Shown: piece by piece, positions 59,137 through 64,000 of the stretch
Numbering within the stretch: position 1 is the first letter of the stretch
Layout of the letters: every line of letters begins with the position of its first letter
Assembly (NCBI GenBank): GCA_963805975.1
Contig: CAWDVR010000001.1
Coordinates: forward strand, 672,001 to 736,000
DNA: 64,000 nt
Direction of reading: 5' to 3'
Source: an uncultured Acidobacteriota bacterium
GTDB lineage: Bacteria > Acidobacteriota > Thermoanaerobaculia > Multivoradales > SZUA-115
Made by a program: the position numbers and the translations under genes
The notes under the pieces: model-generated
The model's database searches: none
Seen by the model: only the letters and a program-made list of their open reading frames with translations
What the model was told of the DNA's origin: nothing

Positions 59137-59967
59137 ATGGTTGGCAAGACTCCGCTTCGTGCTTTCGTGCTGCAAGGGCGCGCGATGGCTCCGCACGTTC
59201 GTGCCGCGCTGGCACAGACCTCCGCCCAGGGGAGCGCGCAGCTCAAGCCCCTCGGGACCTCCGGTGCCACGCGACCGGTGGCGGCCCACGTCCAGGCAGT
59301 GCTCGGCCGGGTGGCCCAGCCGTTTCTGGCGACGTCTTCTCTGGCAGCACCGCGGGCGACGGGCGCTCCTCTGGCCCGGACGGTGCAGCCCGCCATGGTC
59401 GAGATGACCACCTTCGTCGGGGCGACCGGCTCGCTGTTCGTCTCGAGCGACGACCAGCGCCGGGTGATTGTCTGTATGGGGACGAGCTCGAGCGGAAGGG
59501 ACCAACTGGCGGTCTACGAAGTGACGCCCAGTCTCTATCGCAAGGACCTCTTGGGCTACCTCGACTACGAAGAGCTGATGGAGAGCTCCGGCAAAGTCAT
59601 GTCGATCGTCAAGGTCCAGTCTCATTCACCGGGGATGGGGACCATCCTGGCCTTTGAGCTCGCCTGCATCGCCAGAGGCCGCAGCATCGCCTCGATGGTC
59701 GCGGGCATGCCGGCGCACACCGACGATGCCACGAAGTACTACGGCGGCCTGGGCTTCGACTATCGCGCTGCCGAGGAGCACGAGCGCAAGCGGCGAGAGG
59801 AGCTGCAAAAGCAGGGCCTCTACAAGGGCGTGGATCTCTCGAAGGTGAAGATCGTCATACCGGCGGTGTACGCTCTGACCGCGGAGGTGTTTCAGAGAAC
59901 GCACACGAAGGTCACGAGCCTTTGGAAGACGCGAACGATCGGCGTCCAGGTCCGGGTGGCAGTCTGA
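59137..59967 (+). CDS. Hypothetical protein with Ala/Gln-rich repetitive N-terminus and GNAT-like C-terminal domain
   Basis: PHVRAAL / AHVQAVL / RVAQP / RTVQP motifs; PGMGTIL..A..YY..LGF pattern. Confidence 0.55.
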   Translation: MVGKTPLRAFVLQGRAMAPHVRAALAQTSAQGSAQLKPLGTSGATRPVAAHVQAVLGRVAQPFLATSSLAAPRATGAPLARTVQPAMVEMTTFVGATGSLFVSSDDQRRVIVCMGTSSSGRDQLAVYEVTPSLYRKDLLGYLDYEELMESSGKVMSIVKVQSHSPGMGTILAFELACIARGRSIASMVAGMPAHTDDATKYYGGLGFDYRAAEEHERKRREELQKQGLYKGVDLSKVKIVIPAVYALTAEVFQRTHTKVTSLWKTRTIGVQVRVAV

Positions 59968-60004
59968 GGAGCGCTACGGCCGGATATAACGGCCGGATAT
60001 GGGG

Positions 60005-61288
60005 TCATCCGGCTCCACCATGGTACACCGCCGCCTCGGGGCTCCGCGGGTCGGGCGCGATGCGATAGCCCTTGTTGAGCTTCACGATCCAGTGGAAGAC
60101 CTCGACCAGGGCGCGGTAGTGCAGCGGCATCTCCAGGCCGCCTCCCAGGAAGAAGACCACCGGCTTGACGAAGAGCGGCACCTGGTTGAAGAGGATGGCC
60201 GGGAACTGCGGCTCGTAGAAGGCGCGGATCATGCGGAAGTACTGCTTGGTCCAGCCCCGGATCTTCTTCTCGTAGCCGTCGAGGCTGGCGACGGTCAGGG
60301 GCCGCTTGCCGGATAGACCTTTGGAGAGCGCCAGCGCGGCCTCTTCGCCGCTCCGGAGCGCCAGCATGACGCCGGTCGAGAAAACCGGATCCAGAAACGT
60401 CGCGGCGTCGCCGGCCAGCAGGTAGCCGGGGCCCACGAAGTGCTTGGCGGTGTAGCTGAAGTTGGCCAGGGTGTGGGCGTCCGTCACCCGCTCGGTGCCC
60501 GCCATCCAGTCGCGCAGCCAGGGCGAGTCGGCGATCGCCGACTCGAGGAAGTCCACCGCGGACTGCGACGAGCCCTTCCAGCGCTCGTGGTCGACGACGC
60601 AGCCGACGCTCACCCGCTCGCGGGAGAGCGGGATGTGCCAGATCCAGCAGCCGCGCCCGAAGACCAGGCTGATGTCTCCCTCCCGCCGGCCAGGGTGCCG
60701 CTTGCCGCCTTCGAAGTGGGCGAAGTGCGCCACCTTGCGCAGGCCCTCCGCCAGCTCGCGGATGCCGAGCTTCTTGGCCAGGAAGGACTGCTGGCCGCTG
60801 GCGTCGATCACCCAGCGGCAGGAGAGCGTGTGCTCGTCGCCGCCGGGCCCGCGCACTCTGAGGCGCGAGCCGGTCTCTGCCAGGTCGGCCTCGACCACGG
60901 TGTGCTCTTCCAGCACCTCGGCGCCGGTGTCGCGGGCGTGCTCGAGCAGCAGGTGGTCGAAGCGCGACCGCTCCACCTGGTAGGCGAAGTTGTAGGGAGG
61001 CTTGATCAGCTCGCCGAAGTCGAGCGGGCTGGTGCAGGCGCCGTCGCTCGACAGGAAGAGAGCACCGTACTTGGGCATGAAGCCGGCGGCTTGCACTTTG
61101 CTCAGGACGCCGAGGCGCTCGAGCACCGCACCCTGGCGCGGCAGCAGGGACTCGCCGACGTGGAAGCGCGGAAAGCGCTCGCGCTCCAGGATCGTGGCGC
61201 GCCAGCCGTTCCTCGCGAGGACGGTGGCGGCGGCGGAGCCGGCGGGCCCGCCGCCGATGATGGCAACGTCGGTGGTGCGATCGCTCAT
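60005..61288 (-). CDS. FAD-dependent oxidoreductase of the flavin-dependent halogenase family
   Basis: GGGPAG, FPRFHVGESL, WIWHIP (WxWxIP), GDAATFLDPVFSTGV. Confidence 0.82.
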   Translation of the reverse strand: MSDRTTDVAIIGGGPAGSAAATVLARNGWRATILERERFPRFHVGESLLPRQGAVLERLGVLSKVQAAGFMPKYGALFLSSDGACTSPLDFGELIKPPYNFAYQVERSRFDHLLLEHARDTGAEVLEEHTVVEADLAETGSRLRVRGPGGDEHTLSCRWVIDASGQQSFLAKKLGIRELAEGLRKVAHFAHFEGGKRHPGRREGDISLVFGRGCWIWHIPLSRERVSVGCVVDHERWKGSSQSAVDFLESAIADSPWLRDWMAGTERVTDAHTLANFSYTAKHFVGPGYLLAGDAATFLDPVFSTGVMLALRSGEEAALALSKGLSGKRPLTVASLDGYEKKIRGWTKQYFRMIRAFYEPQFPAILFNQVPLFVKPVVFFLGGGLEMPLHYRALVEVFHWIVKLNKGYRIAPDPRSPEAAVYHGGAG

Positions 61289-62655
61289 GGTTTCTCGGCG
61301 GCCCAACTGCGCAGAAGGCAGCGGTCCAGCTTGCCGCGGCCGGTGAATGGAAGGGCTTCGACGTAGCGCAGATCACGGGCGGCCAGCCCTTGCGGCAGGC
61401 GTGACCCGAAGGGTTGCGGTGCGCCGACCAGAAAGGCTACCACGCGGTCGCCGCGCAGCGAGTCCTCGACGCCGATCACCGCCGCCTCGCGCACACCGGG
61501 CAACGCGCGGAGCGCGGCCTCCATGGCGGCGGCCGAGATCCGCCTGCCGCCCACGTTGAGCAGGTCGGCGGTGCGGCCGGTGAGCCGCAGCCTGCCGCCG
61601 GGCGCCCACTCCCCGCGGTCGGCGAGCGTCACCCGCCGCTCGCTGCGCGGTTCCTGCCCCAGGAAGGCGAAGAAGTTGGCGGCCGAGTCGACGGTGACAG
61701 TGCCGTCCGGATCGAGCGCGACCTCCACGCCCGGCAGAGGCCGGCCCACCGTGCCCGCGGCCTCCGGCGCTTCGGGGGTGGGCTCGAAGCTGATCCCGCC
61801 GGTCTCGGTCGAGCCGTAGAACTGGCTCACCGCAAGCCCGGAGCGCGTGCGGAAGGCGGCGGCGAACTCCGGCGCCAGCGGGCCACCGGCCGAGATCACG
61901 CGGCCGAGCGCCAGGCCGGCCGGCCACTCGCTTTCCGCCAGGGCGCGGACCATGGGCGGCACCGCGGGAAAGAACGTGACCTCGCCCTCCGCCAGCGCGG
62001 CGAGCAGCATCGCCGGGTAGTAGCCGGCCTCGAGGACCAGCGGCGTGCCGAGCACGGCGAGCGAGAGCACGCCGTTGTCGAAGCCGTAGGAGTGGGAGAG
62101 CGGTACGGCGATCAGCACGCGGTCGGCCGGCGAGAGATCCATGCCGGCACCGATCTGCGCGATGCCGGCGGCCAGGGCCTCGTCTGTGAGACAGATGCCG
62201 AGCGGCTCGCCGGTCGAGCCCGAGGTGAGCTTGACGAGCGCGGTGCCGGCCGGTGTCGGGCACGGGGCGGCACCGGGTACCTCGAGCCGGAAGATGTCCT
62301 CACCCAGGGGCTCGCCACCGAGGGCGGAGTCGCGGTGGAGCAGCACGGCGAGCCCCAGGCGGCGGCAGAGGGCGAGCTTGGCCTCCGGCGCCAGGCCGGC
62401 GTCCAACGCCGCCATCGGGAAGCCGCGCCGCCGGAGCGCCAGGAAGAGCTCGGGGAAGGCGGCGACGTTGCCCACGCCGACCGCCACGGCACTGCCGGCC
62501 AAGGCGTCCGCGGAGGGCAGGCGGCGCTCCCAGGCCGCGGCTCTTTCGCCGAGCTGGCCGAACGTGAGTCGCAACCGCTCGGCGCGCGACCAGATCGCGA
62601 GCTGGTCGCGGCGGTCGTGGCAAAACCGGTCGAAGGCTTCGGCGATGGCCACCAT
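61285..62655 (-). CDS. AMP-binding enzyme (acyl-CoA synthetase-like)
   Basis: TSGSTGEP, FYGSTETG, GR..DLLNVGG, GKLDR. Confidence 0.85.
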   Translation of the reverse strand: MVAIAEAFDRFCHDRRDQLAIWSRAERLRLTFGQLGERAAAWERRLPSADALAGSAVAVGVGNVAAFPELFLALRRRGFPMAALDAGLAPEAKLALCRRLGLAVLLHRDSALGGEPLGEDIFRLEVPGAAPCPTPAGTALVKLTSGSTGEPLGICLTDEALAAGIAQIGAGMDLSPADRVLIAVPLSHSYGFDNGVLSLAVLGTPLVLEAGYYPAMLLAALAEGEVTFFPAVPPMVRALAESEWPAGLALGRVISAGGPLAPEFAAAFRTRSGLAVSQFYGSTETGGISFEPTPEAPEAAGTVGRPLPGVEVALDPDGTVTVDSAANFFAFLGQEPRSERRVTLADRGEWAPGGRLRLTGRTADLLNVGGRRISAAAMEAALRALPGVREAAVIGVEDSLRGDRVVAFLVGAPQPFGSRLPQGLAARDLRYVEALPFTGRGKLDRCLLRSWAAEKP

Positions 62656-62692
62656 CGGAAAGTCCGCCTCGGACGGCGTCGGCTGCCCGCTC

Positions 62693-64000
62693 CTAGGAAC
62701 CTGGCGCCGTTGGCGCCCTCGCCTTCTGCTGCGCGATATACCAGTCCATGTGCTGCTCGAGGACCGAGAGCGGCATGGCGCCCGAGCCCAGCACGGCGCG
62801 GTGGAAGTCGCGGACGTCGAAGGCATCGCCCAGCGCGGCCGCCGCCTTGTCGCGCAGCTCGCGGATCTTTAGGGCGCCGGTCTTGTAGGCCAGGCCCTGG
62901 CCCGGGATGTCGGCGCCGTAGCGCAGCACCTCGGTGTCGATCTGCACCTTGGACTCGAGCGTGCGCTCGGCCATGTACTCCGCGGCCTGCTCGCGGGTCC
63001 ACTGGTAGTGGTGGAGGCCGGTGTCGACCACCAGGCGGGTGGTGAGGAACATCTCGGCCGCCAGCCGGCCGTAGCGCTCGTAGGGATACTCGTAGAGACC
63101 GAGCTCGGTGCCGAGGCTGGAGGCGTACTCGGCCCAGCCCTCGACGAAGGACGTGGCCATGAAATTGGCGCGCAGGGGATGGAGCGCGGTGTTCTCGTTC
63201 TGGAGCGCGATCTGGAAGTGGTGCCCGGGTACCAGCTCGTGGAAGATCAGCGACTGCGCCACGAGGAGGCTCCGCTTCTCGGGCTGCGAGCCGTTGTAGA
63301 AGTAGATGCCGCGGCTCTCGCCGGCGGTCGGCGGCTGGTAGTAGCCATAGGTCATCGCCCCCTCGAGCGCCGGGTCGAGCCGCAGGGTGGTGTAGGGCGC
63401 CTTGGGCGTGAGGCTGAACAGGCGCGGCACCAGCGGCTCGATCTTCGCCACGTAGGCGAGCAGCCGCTCGCCGATCTGCTCCGGGGTGCGCGCCAGGTAG
63501 GCGGGGTGCCGGAGGAGGATCTCGTGCAGCTCCGCCCGCGGGCTCGTGCCCATGCCGAGGAGGCGCTGGGTGAAGGCCATGTCCTTCTCGATGCGCGCCA
63601 CCTCGGCCTTGCCGCGCTCGTGAACCTGCTCGGGTGTCAAGTCCAGGGTCGTGTAGTGCCGCACCAGGTAGCGATAGCAGCGGTCGCCGTTCGGATACTG
63701 GCCGAGCCCGAGCGCCACGGGGGCCCTGGCCATGTAATCGCCCGACAGCTCGGCCACCAGCCGCTCGACCGCGGGGTTGACGCTCTCCTCGATCAAGCGC
63801 TCCGCCGACGCTCTGAGCTCCGCGGCCCCGCCCAGGGCCGCGATGCGTGCTTCGGCCGGAAGGAAGAGGCTCTCCGCGGCCGGGCGCGCCAGCGCCCGCA
63901 GGAACGGCAGCACCTTCTCGATCTCCGCCACCGGCAGGCGGATGCCCATCGCCGCCTGGCGCTGGAGATGCGAGGCGATCTGCTCGATGACCCGCGGGTA
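62693..64000 (-). CDS. DUF885 family protein (putative metallopeptidase), 5'-truncated by window edge
   Basis: HELVPGHHFQ, FVEGWAEYA, RLVVDTGLH, PGQGLAYK, FDVRDFH; frame open to 64000. Confidence 0.88.
   Translation of the reverse strand, partial: YPRVIEQIASHLQRQAAMGIRLPVAEIEKVLPFLRALARPAAESLFLPAEARIAALGGAAELRASAERLIEESVNPAVERLVAELSGDYMARAPVALGLGQYPNGDRCYRYLVRHYTTLDLTPEQVHERGKAEVARIEKDMAFTQRLLGMGTSPRAELHEILLRHPAYLARTPEQIGERLLAYVAKIEPLVPRLFSLTPKAPYTTLRLDPALEGAMTYGYYQPPTAGESRGIYFYNGSQPEKRSLLVAQSLIFHELVPGHHFQIALQNENTALHPLRANFMATSFVEGWAEYASSLGTELGLYEYPYERYGRLAAEMFLTTRLVVDTGLHHYQWTREQAAEYMAERTLESKVQIDTEVLRYGADIPGQGLAYKTGALKIRELRDKAAAALGDAFDVRDFHRAVLGSGAMPLSVLEQHMDWYIAQQKARAPTAPGS

Noticed and set aside
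59976-60000. 12-bp direct repeat ACGGCCGGATAT x2 between convergent genes
   Set aside because: Only two copies and no matching copy on the other side of the gene to indicate a target-site duplication

Overview
Very GC-rich, gene-dense bacterial window with about 45 CDSs and no recognisable rRNA, tRNA, CRISPR array or transposase. Gene content (VWA pairs, ASPIC/UnbV and FG-GAP proteins, C-terminal FADGFExGxTxAW tails, an ECF sigma factor paired with a Ser/Thr kinase) suggests Acidobacteriota, Thermoanaerobaculia-like; this is inference only. The most striking unexplained structure is at 45.5-51.4 kb. Two convergent, paralogous two-gene modules each pair a cytoplasmic TPR protein with a 460-aa secreted protein. 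Each secreted protein carries two copies of its own 15-aa peptide (LGE[R/K]ARHQIVDFGVR versus VSLAEHARGHMIEIG), conserved in protein but synonymously diverged in DNA. One module is headed by a translationally coupled XRE-HTH gene whose promoter contains a perfect palindrome. This resembles a split RRNPP-like receptor/peptide signalling or self-recognition system in a diderm bacterium (hypothesis). Other candidates are an uncharacterised four-gene sulfotransferase/ATP-grasp operon (52.9-57.9 kb) and a putative metal/redox membrane operon converging on an UnbU/UnbV-type operon (15.2-24.3 kb). A GNAT-NSAR/OSBS-M20 D-amino-acid pathway is interrupted by fabI. All calls come from reading motifs by eye; no database searches were run.
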